Shown: positions 1-12,932 of the stretch, piece after piece
Layout: each line of letters starts with the position of its first letter
Numbering within the stretch: position 1 is the first letter of the stretch
Assembly: GCA_001949185.1 (NCBI GenBank)
Contig: BDGG01000001.1
Span: forward strand, 6,547,591 to 6,611,590
Direction of reading: 5' to 3'
Source: Ramazzottius varieornatus
Lineage: Eukaryota; Animalia; Tardigrada
Length of the DNA: 64,000 nucleotides
Position numbers and translations under genes: made by a program
The notes under the pieces: generated by a model
The model's input: only the letters and a program-made list of their open reading frames with translations
What the model was told of the DNA's origin: nothing
Database searches by the model: none

Positions 1-8
1 AATCGTAC

Positions 9-110
9 CTGAGTTCCAACAACGACGATTTGAGGTAGGTGGATAGCGTCACTTCCGATGGCGTTGAAGACATCCTGGAGCTTGTTGATGACGGGGATCA
101 GCGCCTCCAT
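9..110 (-). CDS. DNM1L: Dynamin-1-like protein (Drp1), coding exon 1; the gene continues off the left edge
   Basis: Reverse strand reads [34 protein letters not shown] followed by a GT donor (gtacga); this is the conserved Drp1 N-terminus leading into the P-loop. Confidence 0.93.
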
Positions 111-887
111 CCTCAACGGATCTAACACTCTAGATAGAGAATCGCTTCACCACACACGCTACTACTTATAGTCCTGTAACTCCTCCGAATTCGAACCAGA
201 CGAGAAATAGGAAGAAGTCTCGAAATACGTCAAACAAGTCGAGAAAGACGATCGTCGATTGATGATGATGAATTCCATTGGAAAACAATCAAATTGAACA
301 AAAGCACAGTAGCGCTGCCCATGACTTCCGGTACTTGGTCAGTAAGCGACCTGGTGCAAAGTTTGCACCAGGCCGCTTAATACTGCAAACTAAGGAGCCC
401 ACTGACCCCACTCGGCCCAGTCGATTGACTAGAGCCGGAAGTTGATTGGAAATCAAGTGTGTTTGATTGAAGGCATGGTTATCTCCTGTCCCTGCCATGT
501 ACATGTATTAATGAAATTTACGGCCATGTCACGTAATCGCGCGAAACTTTCGAGGGGACACAGTAATAGTTTCGAAGGAGTACAGTACGTTAAAAATTCA
601 CTGCGGTTGATGGGATGTTTATAATGCGTCCTGAACAGTTTCGACTTCCGAAAGGCTGTGGTCCCTCATGAAGCAATCTACGGTCTAAGACTTGGATCTG
701 AAAAGCCAAAGTTTCTGATCTGATCTGCTTATAATCTCGATCGATGTGTAGACCGACAGAATATACATCGCTTCCAGATTCCACTGTGAGATTGCAGTGC
801 CACACCAGTCAGATTTTGCAAACCCAGTTCTCTTCCCCATATTATGGTCTGTTATTCTTCACCCTTACAGTATCATTAGACGCTAGG

Positions 888-1713
888 ATGTCGCCTGCTC
901 TCGTTCGTGTTATTCTGTGTGGTAAGTCAGATTCTATAGTTCGGTGATCTTTCTCACCTGCACCATGTTCTGCACGATACTGTACTGTATTGTACTCTTA
1001 GAATAATAACAATAATAATATATCTCGTAGTATCTTACAATAATAATTATCTGGTATCCTACAGGTCTTGTGGTTACCATTGCTGCTAGGCCACATGATG
1101 AATCGAAAGCACAGTGGACTGGCAAACCTTGGTTGGGAAAGTGGGAGTCGATCGATGGGACACCCGAGAACTGGGAAGCCTTCGTCAAGGCCGCCAACAT
1201 TCCGCCCAAGGACCAAGCTCTCTACAACGGAAAGCAAAAGACTCTCCTGAAGTACTGGAAAGAAGCCGGTGAGGACCACTATCATGTACAGACGAGTTTT
1301 CCGGGAACCGAACACAAGATGGAGACCAGTTTCAAAATGGGCCAGGAAGGAACGCTGTCTCACGACGGCGTGGATCTTAAGGTTCGTTTCTATACCGCCA
1401 CGTATCCGCCAGTTCCACTTTAATGTATGGGACCAAAGGTCTTTTACTGCAGTACGTATGCACCGAGGACGGCGAGCAGCTCATCACAAAGATAAACATC
1501 CCTTCCAAGAACCAGGAAACGATAGTCACTTACACAGCCACCGGCGACGACCTTGAACAGGTAAATCCATAATAATTATGATGATTTTTACACTATTTCC
1601 TGCGCAACGTATGAAACGATTTGTCAATGATGAGACTCCTCGTCGTTACTTTACAGACTTTCACTTCTAACGGTGTTACCGGCAAGAGATGGTACAAGAA
1701 GATTCACGCATAA
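888..1713 (+). CDS. SAHS: Tardigrade secretory abundant heat-soluble (SAHS) protein, FABP-like fold; exons 888-921, 1065-1381, 1453-1560, 1657-1713
   Basis: Spliced at GT-AG sites the product has a signal peptide (MSPALVRVILCGLVVTIAA), the SAHS motif WTGKPWLGKWES..ENWEAF and the C-terminal GVTGKRWYKK. It resembles R. varieornatus SAHS4 from memory; the paralogue number is not verified. Confidence 0.93.
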
Positions 1714-4110
1714 TACCGCGAAGTGCACGGAAATGTAGTCACTTGCTCCAATCAGTTTTATACATAGAACTCAACGGTTAATTTGACTGGGAAAGCGATG
1801 TCCCACATTCGTAGGTACATAAAATCGGATCTTAACGAGAATCCAGATTCTAAGCTACGGGTGTCATGTTTTGTTGTAGTTTATGCTCAGTGGAATTCAC
1901 GTGGGCTCAATTCTCGAATTAGCTTGTAGGGATAGTTCGCCGCGGCGCACTGCTCTCGGGAAAGAATCGTCTTCCATTCGATGGAGGATGTGCAAAACAA
2001 ATTTGCCTTTCAAAACAGATGTTAATGAACTATTCATGATAACCGAAAGTGGATGATTTTTATTGGGGCATGTTGAGGTCGTCTGGTTGCATCGATGGGT
2101 GACGTCGATACAGCTAGACTCGAGGTGGTACACAGTCTGGGTGTGATACCAAGGAGGAAGTGACGGCTCGATGCATCAGCCTTCCACCTGTTCCTCTGAG
2201 CTGCACCGCTCCCGTTAGCGAGCTCAGAGACCCCTTTTTATGGAGAAATAAAAACCTGAAGGGCATGAAGGGTAGGATGGCGGTTGATAAATTAGTGAGA
2301 TGCAAAGAGCGCTAATGAAGTTGTGTATGAAGAATGTTCCGTCGAGAGAACTTCATGAACATATTCAAGCGGGACAATATTTGCCGGAAATCAGGAGGAG
2401 TTAACAGCCGGCCATGGCAAGTCACTGGATAGAGTTAGCGAACAAGGAAGTACATTGAGCTGACCAGCAAGAGCACGTGTATGCGGCGCACGTGTACATT
2501 GCACCGCATACACGTATCAGAACAGTCCAGGAAAAACGCCATGTCCTGTCGGGTAGTTACAGGAAGGGAAAATGCTTATCATTCAAAAACATTAACCACA
2601 ATTATCGCTAAAGACGATAACTTTCAATTTTCCGCTTCGGGAAACATGTAACAATGATCGTTTCAGCCACGCAGTGCCGACCCATGATTTTAAAAAATTA
2701 TACTCTGGCAAAAGAGGAAGAGTTTTATGCGCAGACACCTAGAGCTAGCAAACAGAGATACTATTTCCACCACAGTCAACGAGCAACATCATGATGACGA
2801 GAAAGAATTGATACTTTTATGTATGGAAGCTTGAGCTTTCCTCTGGAATACTTACACGAAAGTTGAACTTTTGAGCTTTAACAACGTTTCCTGGTTTTTC
2901 CACCACTTTTCGAAAAGTTCTCATTCTGCTCCTGCCGAAAGTATTTTGTGGAAAATAATTTCCAGCACAGCCACAAGCATCTGGCTTTCTAAAGCATGCA
3001 AGTTTTAGGAACAATGAAACTTTCTGCGCTCAGAAGAATTTCTTGAAATAATACAGGTGTAGCGGTATAATCGAAAAATCCTGTCGCAGACGCTTTGCGT
3101 TCTGAATTTGGCTCCCACTTTCTTATCTTTAGCTTCGAATTCAATGGACAATTTGAGCTGTTACACAATGTTTAAGACCGATTTACCTCGTGGAACTTGA
3201 TTGTGGAGATGCATGCGAAATTCGTTCTTGCCCCGAAACGTCTCTTCGGCGCCATCGCTTCGGACCGAGTTTGCAGCGCGAAAATTCTTGTTCGGAAACC
3301 GACGTTCATTTCAACTGATGCAAAATGAGCTACGAGCTCGTACTGATACAACTTCAGTCGCTGTTTTGGGACAAAAACATCATTCGAATTTTTGATTAGG
3401 GGAAGGCTCCGCATACCACTTTCCACCAGCATAGTTTCCGATACCACGTTTCAATTCCAAATTATTACCACTGTTTACTCCGTACACCACTTCTAAGTAA
3501 GTGCCACCACCAAGGACTTCGAGCACCACTTTTTGCCAGATTGGTGTTCATTACGTAGTCTCAGAGAAGAAAGTTCGATCACGCTTCTGTCGTGATCGCA
3601 GGTGGCAAGAAGTATTTATCGACAGCGGGATCTTTAGGATCGTGAGTCCTTCCTGTTCTCTGAACTTACCAGAACACCGCTAACTCTTTGGTTATAGCAG
3701 AGTGGGTTCATAATAGTGGTCAAGGTTAATTCAAAATTAATAACGAAGACGACGAACAATCGTCTGAGCGCTAATTGGACCAGAACCTGGAGACATCAAA
3801 ACGCCCATCGGACTAGATGACGACACACTTTACTGAAAACCAAGTTGTAAAACACGAACAGTGTAACAGGAGAAGCGACCGCCATTCTCCCTTGCACCTA
3901 AAGAGATACGATCGAGGTCATTTTTAAATTAAACAAAAAAGTCTAAACAGAATTATGCATGGATGGCTACGGCGTCCGTTCCCTGAGTTGTATCGCGGTC
4001 GATGGGAGCCCAGGCTTTTTGGTATAGACGCGACCCGCACATACGTACACCACACAGACGCCAGTGCGCAGCAACTGAGACGCCCCTAAGGGCGCCTGTT
4101 TATGAAGGTG

Positions 4111-4669
4111 TAGAGAAAGTGTGATTAAGTTCGGTGTGGTATTTTCCGATTTGGTAAACTCTCACACCGAATTGAAAATTTCAGTATGAAGCCCACACCG
4201 ATATTTTTGATTTGGTAAACTGCTGCACCGAAATTTCGATTTATCCCACCAAATCAAACAGAAAAATCGGTAAACCGAAACATATAAAGTTTCTCTTATT
4301 AACGGGAAAAACCAGATGAAACTGGCGCAAAACGGAGCGAGCCGCAAACGTACAACGCTTGGCGTGTCTTTTGATGTCGAGAGGTTTTCCTCCACCGGAT
4401 GGCTGTATATCAGGCTAGCAGAAATACGGTCTGTAAGCCGAAAACTTTCTCGGGATCGCTCAGAGATCGGTCAAACTCTCATCTTTCTAGGCCTTTCGGT
4501 GTGTTTCAATTTACCGAAAAATTTCCATTTGGTATCGGTTTGGTGCGAACGCACACCGAAATCGGTTTTCGCTGTGAGACTCCCACCGATAATTCCGGTT
4601 TCGGTAACTTCTCATACCAAATCGATAAGTTCGAATTAATTTCGGTAAATCACACTTATCCCATCTCTA
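4111..4669. mobile_element. hAT-type MITE
   Basis: Ends TAGAGA..AAGTGTGATT and AATCACACTT..TCTCTA; flanking 8-mers tgaaggtg/tgaagatg (7/8 match, TSD); many internal ACCGA/TCGGT motifs. Confidence 0.7.
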
Positions 4670-6101
4670 TGAAGATGTATGTACATTCATGCTGCGCCTG
4701 TGGTAAAAACCTAGAATCTCATGCACTACCATACATTTAATGAGCAGAGACGCACACATGCGTGCAACGAGACTGTCGGCGGATAACTCCGCTCAGCAGT
4801 TTCATACACCTGCAAGAAACAAACAGAAAGGTGGACTAGGGCGCAGAGGAGAGCTGTGAGAAGCTCCGGAGAGGTCGAGGAGCCAGACGAAGTCGCGAAG
4901 GAGATCAGCAGCGGACAGTAGACAACAACAGCGAAGAACGTGTGGCATCGACAGCCAATCCTGAAACAGAAGTGGCCTGGTTAGTCCAATAATCCGCTAC
5001 CGATCTAAAGGAGGCGATGTGGATGGTCAGCAACTCCACGTTATTCAGTCTGACAAGAGGAACAATGAGGAAACGGAACATAACCGATAGGAGAATCACC
5101 GGAAACAGCTGAAGTCTGATGCAATGCCGCGTCGAACTGTATCAAGCAATCAAAACTTTGGAGATCTCAGGTGTGGCGCAGCGTTGTTCGATGAAAGCTG
5201 GGCTCCTTTAGCAGTTGACTGATAAACCATGATCACTATACTGGACTCATTCTGGTTATGGTGACCGGGCTTCGTTATCCCACTCTCGTACCAGGTTTTC
5301 CCGACGGCGTGACAGTTTTTCGATGTTTTTATCATTGAACAGGCCAGAAATCACTTCCGCAGTTCTTTGCTTGAGAAAGACGCTGTCTCCGGACAAGAGT
5401 AGTGCCCAGAGAATTTTATATTCTCATTAACTAACGGTGGTGAACGAAAGGTGGTGCGTCCAGACAAACGGTGGCGAAAAGGTGGCAGCAGGAGACTACA
5501 GTGGTGACAGGTGGTGTGCGGAGCACTCGCCTTTTGATTAAACGTAAAAGTGAGCTGCACAAAGTTTGTTGCGCCGCACTGTAGTATCATCAAGAGTACA
5601 CGCAGGGAACATACTTATTGACCCGGACAAAATCATTCGTTACCGGCCGAAAGCGGCAGCAGCCAGCCAAACTGGTCGATCAATGGAAGCAATGGCGCTT
5701 TCGGCAGGTGGCCAGTAATTTTGTGGGGTCCATAACTAGGCAAGCTACGTGCACCGGTACGCGGTCTGTGGTTCACTGCAAAAGCCGGTTTCTGCTGGAT
5801 CGAAGGCCACTTTGTTGATCTCAGCGACAAACTGGTTGAAGGACTTGAGTCATCGTCGTTTTCTCGAGATTGTGTGTCATGGTTGGCTCAATGTAGCGGA
5901 CCAAAGTACAAAAAGCAGACAAGCAGGTAGGGTTTACCTTAAATACGATGTACGGGCGTTACCAATGTCACAACAGAACACGTGGCCTTCGAGCATGTTG
6001 TCTGTCACACATGGAAGCTTAAGTGGGGTGGCAGTGAGACATTTTTTCCGTTTGTTGCGCACTTGGTTGTCCCGGATATCAAGCTCTTCGTCTTGCTTCT
6101 C

Positions 6102-6492
6102 GTTGTCGCCGATACAGTGTGAGGCTATCACGTAATGCTCGCAGAGCTTAGTAATACAACCTTGCATGCGACTTGATACCCCATGTTATCCCATGTCAAA
6201 CCACTTCAGGTGGTCTAACATGGGATTTTTGGGCACGAGCTGTCGTTGCGGAGCTGGTTTTGTTCGTACGTTTGTGTTTGAGCCCCTCTGCTGAACTTTG
6301 CCCTTCACTGGGTACAACATTAGTGGAGATAAGCTTGTGAATGGAGTGTGACTGAGGAGAAGCGAAAGTAGGTCACAAAAGAAGGAGATAAGGCTATAGC
6401 ATTGCAGTCGGAGTCACAGGGAGTAATTCAATGGTTGGGAACTTGGGATACGCGCTGCCATCATCCCAGTTCCCGTTTTCTTCCCTTTTAGC
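6102..6492 (+). repeat. Dispersed ~390-bp repeat, copy 1 (copy 2 at 59769-60167)
   Basis: Near-identical sequence from gccgatacagtgtgaggctatcacg to cccgttttcttcccttttagc at both sites. Confidence 0.92.
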
Positions 6493-6810
6493 ATCCCTCG
6501 GCAGCAACAGTATCCGTTAGGGTGCCGCCCCGCTAATTACTGTTGCAGCCAGAACATACGCAGTAGAATTCTTAACATCCCGATGTTAGGAAACTCCGCC
6601 ATAACGGATAATTATATCGTCCGGCTAGAATAGGTTAAGGCGAGAGGACGTTGTGCCATCATCCATGTGCTCTGCTGCATCTATGAGGAAGTTGTTGTCA
6701 GTGAGTCCTTTGGTCGGCTTCTCGGTTGCAAGCAGTTGTTGTTGTTGCTGACATGATTGCCGTGATTGGAAGGGAAATTAAACGCCGACTCGAACGCCTA
6801 TTCCTGTTTA

Positions 6811-7937
6811 GGTGTCGCTGCTGTTGCCAGCGTAATGTGTAGCGGTATCGTCCAGTCGATGGGAACAGAATTAGTTCTTGCTAACGGTGCTTACCCCGGA
6901 AGCGAAGCCGGACTGAATCCCACCCTGGAGTCCCCAGATCGAAATGAACCCCCTGGCATCCCAATACAGCTCCGAGTGCAGCTGACAATGGCGGTCACTC
7001 TTGCCGTCGAAGTGTGGCAGGTACTTGTTCATGCGCAGCGGTATCCATGTCCAACCGAGACTTACTTTGCCAGCTTTTGGTGGCGCCACACAAATGGTCA
7101 GCCTAGTTTCGGCATCCATCATGCTGTCAGCGCTGCTGCTGTTTGGCAAATTCTTAGAGCAACTTCCCAGAGCATGCTTGGGGGCGGTGATTATGGTGGC
7201 CTTGCTGAACATGCTGATGAGCGTGTCGGAAGTCAAAAGATTCTGGCGATTGTCTGTGGTTGACGCGTCCATCTTCATGGTCAGCTTGTGTGCCACACTG
7301 CTACTAGATATGCATCTTAGTCTGGCAGTCGCTGTGCTCTACTCGTTGCTGGTCTTCGCCATTCAGATGCAGTATGCTAAAGTAAGGAACTTGGAAGGGA
7401 ACAGTACGACGCTGAGAAGTTCCTTCCGCTGACGAAATCGGACGTACGTTCAATACCGTCTAAGCCGCCAGTATATTTGAGAGATTCAAACTCATTTCGC
7501 CACTTGTTAGGCCGAAAGAATACCGCGAGTGAAGGTATTTCGCCATCATGGTCCGCTGTATTCGGGCAACGCGGAGAGATTCGCCAACAAAATACGGATT
7601 TCACTGTTAGAAATTTCTGAGACTGACGAGCCTCGACTAGTCGCTAACGACAAGGCTGTGCCGAAAGCTGCACCATTGGCGCAGACTGATGGCGACCTGG
7701 AAGATACCATCCTGTCCGCTGGTTATGAGGAGATATCATCTGGAGAAGTTGATGAGCGTGGGCCAGAAGTGAATTCTGCCGAGAGATCCGCTGTGCTTGT
7801 AGATCACAGGTTATCGGGCGTGATTGTTGACTGTTCTGGTGTTACATTCAGCGATACTGTTGGGACAGACAACATGAAGCTCCTGGCCAAAAGCTGCGCA
7901 GCGAAGGGCTTAGTGCTAGCATTCTCCAGCTTTTCAG
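6811..7937 (+). pseudogene. SLC26/prestin-family anion transporter with STAS domain, apparently internally deleted
   Basis: Segments GVAAVASVM..LRVQLTMAVTLAVEVWQ, GGATQMVSLVS..LEQLPRACLGAVIMVALLNM and STAS (KVFRHHGPLYSGNAERF..VIVDCSGVTFSD) are present; the long middle transmembrane block is absent and the junction after the 7074 acceptor is out of frame. Confidence 0.7.
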
Positions 7938-8680
7938 GTATTGTTGCATCAGTCTCGAGTCAGGAACGATCTTTCCGTATTTTCTGGCCTTATTGTACGC
8001 ACTTACTCTCACACGTCCTAGATCTAGATGAGAGCTTTTGTTGCAGACGACGTTCGGAGGACTCTGGAGTGCGCAGCAGTTATGCCGCGCACAGCGAACG
8101 AAATGGTCTTCGAAAATCTTCAAACAGCTGTAAATTACTTTACCCAAGAAAATCAGTTAGGGGCGTGATAACATTGATATGCCGACATTTCGGCATACTC
8201 TCTAGCTCGACGACTTTATCTGAGCACTACTGAAATATTTGTCCTTGCCGACAAAGTTTAAAGCTCATACTTTATCTAAAATGGCCTCATGAGCGGCACT
8301 CGGAGAAATAAAGGCAAGAAGGTCAGTTTTTCCCCGTTCGAGAATGAAGAAAGAACATCTGCGTGAACTTGACCTTTAGAATTCGCCATGCCAAACCACT
8401 ACTGGTTTGGTAACAACCCCAGCTGGCGCTCCCCACAGGCAACCTTTTGTCGTAAAGTGGACTTTAATGAAGAACGATGCTGTGCTCTGCAATTAGACCC
8501 ACCCTATCCGGATTACTGCCAATCACATGCTCATTATTAATTCTCCCCCACTGGCTATGCATGCAAGAGTGTCAGATGGGCCAGGAGGGATGAAGGATGT
8601 CAGATTCTTCACCATATAATCATACTCGTCATTCTTAGTCTTGCTCATTTACTGTCCGACTTTTGGAGCGACGCGGCAAA

Positions 8681-9807
8681 ATGAACAACTCCACGGCTCA
8701 ACCTACAAACACCACAATGAGAAACGTCTACCTGCAGACACTGGAGCTGTACATATGGGCAGGCTTCACTCTCCCAATAATCTACCTTGCAGCTTTTGGA
8801 AACTTCTTGACGTTGTTGGTGATCGTTCGATCCCGTGGGTGGAGAAGCGGCATCCAAGTTTTAATCCTTAGCATGACCATTGCTGACCTAGCAGTCACTC
8901 TTGTTATTGCCCCAGAACAGACAATCAACATGCTATTGGGAAAAGTCTACCCCTGGAGTTACCAACCGTTCTGCCGCGCCATAGGCTATCTTCAAACTGG
9001 TATCAGCTTGCTTGTTCCCTTGCATTGCTCCATGATAGCAATCAACCGTCTGGTCAGCATTGTCCTGCCTACCTCGTTTCGCAGACTGACCTTCCGACCG
9101 GCCGGAATCTTCATGGCCTCTGTGTGCTGGTTCCTCCCGTTTTTCCTTCTTATCTTCCCTTTAGCTGGGATCGATGGCAAGTTCGGTAACTTGCCGTTGT
9201 TCGGGTATTGTACGTGGGACGGGCGTGCAGGTACTCGGTCCATGTCATATACCATTTCTGTCACAATCATGTATCTTCCCACTGCGATAATTTTTCTGTG
9301 CTACCTGACCATCTTCATATATTTGAAAATGATGGAGCCTGGTAAAGTGACAGTGGGACAGCAAGGGTCAAGTAGCCGTGACGTTGCTGAAAACCGGCTG
9401 TTGACTCGTGTCAGACGTCGTATTCAAGTGGCAAAGATGATGCTAGCAACCTTTCTGGTTTTTCTTATCTGCTACATACCTCTGACTTCCTTCTTCTACC
9501 TGGCGGGGAATCTCGGCAAACGCCCAAATCCGACAATCTTTTTATGGCTGACCTTCATCTATTGGCTTGGAGCAGGCTGTAATCCGGTATGTAACCGCCA
9601 GTGTGACCATGACATTTACACCCTTCAAGGTTTAACTCAAATCTATTACAGGTAATCTATTCCGCGATGAATAATGAATTTCGAGAAGGGTACCAGGAAG
9701 TGCTTCGCCGTGTTCAGTGCTGCAGGCAGCGCAAGGTGGAGCCGTCGGTGCGAGCCATGAAGAGAAATCGGGGAATTACCAGTGGAGCTACCTTAACCAG
9801 GCAATAG
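8681..9807 (+). CDS. Rhodopsin-family (class A) GPCR; exons 8681-9586 and 9652-9807
   Basis: Seven hydrophobic segments, GN in TM1, IADL in TM2, C at the start of TM3, INR in place of DRY, CYIP in TM6; the NPxxY motif is restored as NP|VIY across a 65-bp GT-AG intron. Confidence 0.9.
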
Positions 9808-11459
9808 TCGGTAGAACTGTCAATTAAACAACAGACCTGTGCAGCCGAACCAAGCAAAGATTTTAATCATTTTATAAGTATCACAGCCCCCTCCTGAGCC
9901 ATTCGTTAAACATTCGCGTACTCGCACATCCGAGGTTGTGCTATGGCTCGCCGACTTGTGCGTAAACCCCGAATCTTGACGGGGAATTTGAGCAGATTAC
10001 GGCGTCAGTAAGCAGCTGCCGCCCCTCGCAGCCCACGATGGCGAAGCAGCTAGGTCGCAAACGAAACTGATCACTTGTCTAGACCGTTTTCCTTTCGGTC
10101 ACTGTCTCTTCCTCTCCACAGTTTCGATATAACTTGTACTTCTACTACCGGACATTGAATTTTGAAATATGAATCTTGAATTCCAGTGAGAGGGACGGGG
10201 TGAACAATTCGGTGGAGGGTACAAGAAGCGATTGATTATACAGTATCGAAAGCTTTTGCTCGGGTCTTGGCGTGTCTGTGCCGAAGACGCTATCTGAAGG
10301 AGGGATCTGCAGCTGAGCCGAAGTCGTGTGTACTGTATACTGCAAGCCTGCATCCGTACCAGGTTCCGGGCCTAATTACGCCCTCGGACAACTTGACCCA
10401 CGTACGTCATCCATAATAAGTCACAAGCTCAAAGTGCGTGTCCTTGCAAACTGCCGTAAGTGGGCGCAGTTTTATCCGTGGACAAGGTTACGAGTCGAGG
10501 AAGGAATCGAATAATTCGTCGAGGAGTTCACCCTGACATGTTCCGTTCTCTCGAAGTAAAAAAATGCGTGGTCGCTATTCCAAACGAACCCACTGTTGCT
10601 ACAAAAGGAAATATTCTACGGCAGCATGATTAAATGGAAATACCGTGAGCTCAACCTCCTGCCCGACGAATGTATAGCACGTGGCCGTACCCGAATACTC
10701 CTCTTATGCGAAACAAAAGGCAATTGCTGGTGGAGCTCGGTTATTAGCCCTCATTTGCATCCTGTGCAGAGTTGCTGCAAGACTGTCAGAATCCTCAAGC
10801 CGATTTTTAATTTCTGTAAAAGCCAGCCTGGGGAAAAAATTTGCCAAGATGTCTTCTTGACAGCAAATTGCAGCAGTTCATATACGCCCTCAATACCTCA
10901 CCTCACGTCTTTCCAATCAAACCAAATTAGCAGAATGGAGCAATTAAGGGCGGTTTTGTACATCCTGAGCTCTAGGACGAAGCCCCAAAGCATCAGCTAG
11001 AATCTGCACTGCATCAGCACCGCTGGTTCCATTTAGACGACTGCATCAGCGCACCGGCGTAAACGGACGAAGCGGCTGGGAACGCGCCGAGCATGCCCAC
11101 TGCCCAACATTTTCAAAACGTAGATAGTAAAGAGCAATTTCAAAAACAAACAGCTTGACAGTCGACGATCAACAGAGTCTGCGGCTGAACAAAATCGACT
11201 GACCGACATGTAGGCTTTCGCGTCCAGAAAATTGGTAGGTGGACGAAGGAGCTTTCAGATTCTTCGGTCTCTCTTCCATCCAGACTTGTGCCGGTCAGCC
11301 GAAGCTTGTAAGGAACACCATATATCAAAGCCCGATTCAAACTCTTTTTGCAACGTGGTGCCAAAACGCTTTTTAAGATCTGACATTAGCCATTTGGGAA
11401 ACAAAGCTAAGCTTTGAAAGATCTTGATTTTTCGACTGGGAAAAAACCTTTTGCCCCGA

Positions 11460-11808
11460 TGTTGCGGGCAAGTGATCGAAGAGACGAAGCAAGTTTATTG
11501 AATTTTACAATTGCGACTTTAGGAGAAGTGCCGTCCATTTATATACAAGAAAAGTTAAAGGATAACAGATGAGTTAAAAAGATGGAACAGCTTACTGGAG
11601 TGATTAATGATCGAAGACCATTAATCGGCACTTTAAGATACTAAGTTATGAGGAAAGAGGGTGTAGAGCGATGAGATCTCTTACGAAATCCACCTAGTTC
11701 TTGTCAACAATAGACGTTTTTAAGAGATAGGCTGAATGTGTAATGACCATCGAAGACAACAGGGAAGATATCGGGATACTACAATGATCAAGCATAACTC
11801 ACGTAACA
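11460..11808 (-). mobile_element. Probable solo LTR
   Basis: TGTT...AACA termini; on the minus strand TATATAAA is followed by AATAAA shortly before the end; flanks ccga/ccgg give only an imperfect TSD. Confidence 0.5.
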
Positions 11809-12932
11809 CCGGTCATCTCTGGCGCGCATGTTTTCACAGGTTTCAGGAAACTGCGCGCTATACTTGATCTTATATTTTTGAACCGTCTGTTGTAGACGGC
11901 TTTTTTGTGCTCAATTCATAGTAGAAAGGTGGTTCACTAGTTTTAGCGTCGTTTTGGTGCACAAGCGAGGTAGAGGAGGAAGAACTGATTTTTGAGAAAA
12001 ACAGTGTCAACTATGGCCTTTGTAACGACAATTCAGTGCAGTGGACGTATTAGAATGCAAGCCATCTGGGTGAAACGCTGTGTCTAACGCGTGATGGCTT
12101 CCGAACTTCCGTTCATGATTCATACTTTGATCGTTCGATTAGCCGGGGGATTTTGGTAGGCCGCAAGCTGTGTTCTCGAATATTCACAGTCCGATAAGCG
12201 CCAGCCAGTATTGACTGAAGTGGGCCGAAACCTCCGGCGGGGAAGACATACCACAGTCGGTGAAATGCAGTCTACAGAATTCCATGTTCTAGTTTCCGTT
12301 CACAATTTGATGTAAACAGGCGAGCAGTTACCTTAGTCGTCGAAAAGAATCGAGAAAAGAACAGAAAAAGTAGCACTAAGTTGGCAAACGAATTAAACCC
12401 GGTGAATTCTGCCGTTTTGCCGCGAAAACTTGTTTTGTGCAAAAGTTCTAGCTCTGTTCCAGGACGGCTATTATCGTTCCAACCAACTTTCCTGTAGCTC
12501 GATCTTGGTTCTGATTATTTTCAACAGCAGTATCCCCGGACTTCAACGGAAAACTTGCAAAAACAATTTCGGTAAACGGTCCAAAAAACTAGAAAAGTTG
12601 GTGCATTTTTCACTTTTTCCGAGTTTAATGTCGCTCTTAACTTCTTGTGAGAAGATTTCTGCCCAACGATTTTTTTTAGCAGATAGCTAGAAGCTCATAC
12701 CAGGCGAAATTTGTTTGGAAGTGGAACATTAATCCAGTCGAGACAGGCTGGGTTTTATGAGTGGTAGCAAGCTGGTGCGGACAGGCTGCATAATGTCAGC
12801 AGTTTGAGAGCAACAATGAAGCCTCCTTCCATCACGCCGATATTTTTGCATATAAATTCAGAACCAGCACAAAACGATGTAAAAGCTTGCACGCGGAGAG
12901 TCTCAGAAAATAAAGAGGGGCTTTTCTAAGAT

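Noticed and set aside
1900-4100. Possible decayed transposon or gene remnant
   Set aside because: No TIR, TSD or protein motif that I could support.
10500-12800. Short similarities between 10.5-11.0 kb and 12.3-12.8 kb suggesting element arms
   Set aside because: The matches are too short and inconsistent in orientation to call by eye.
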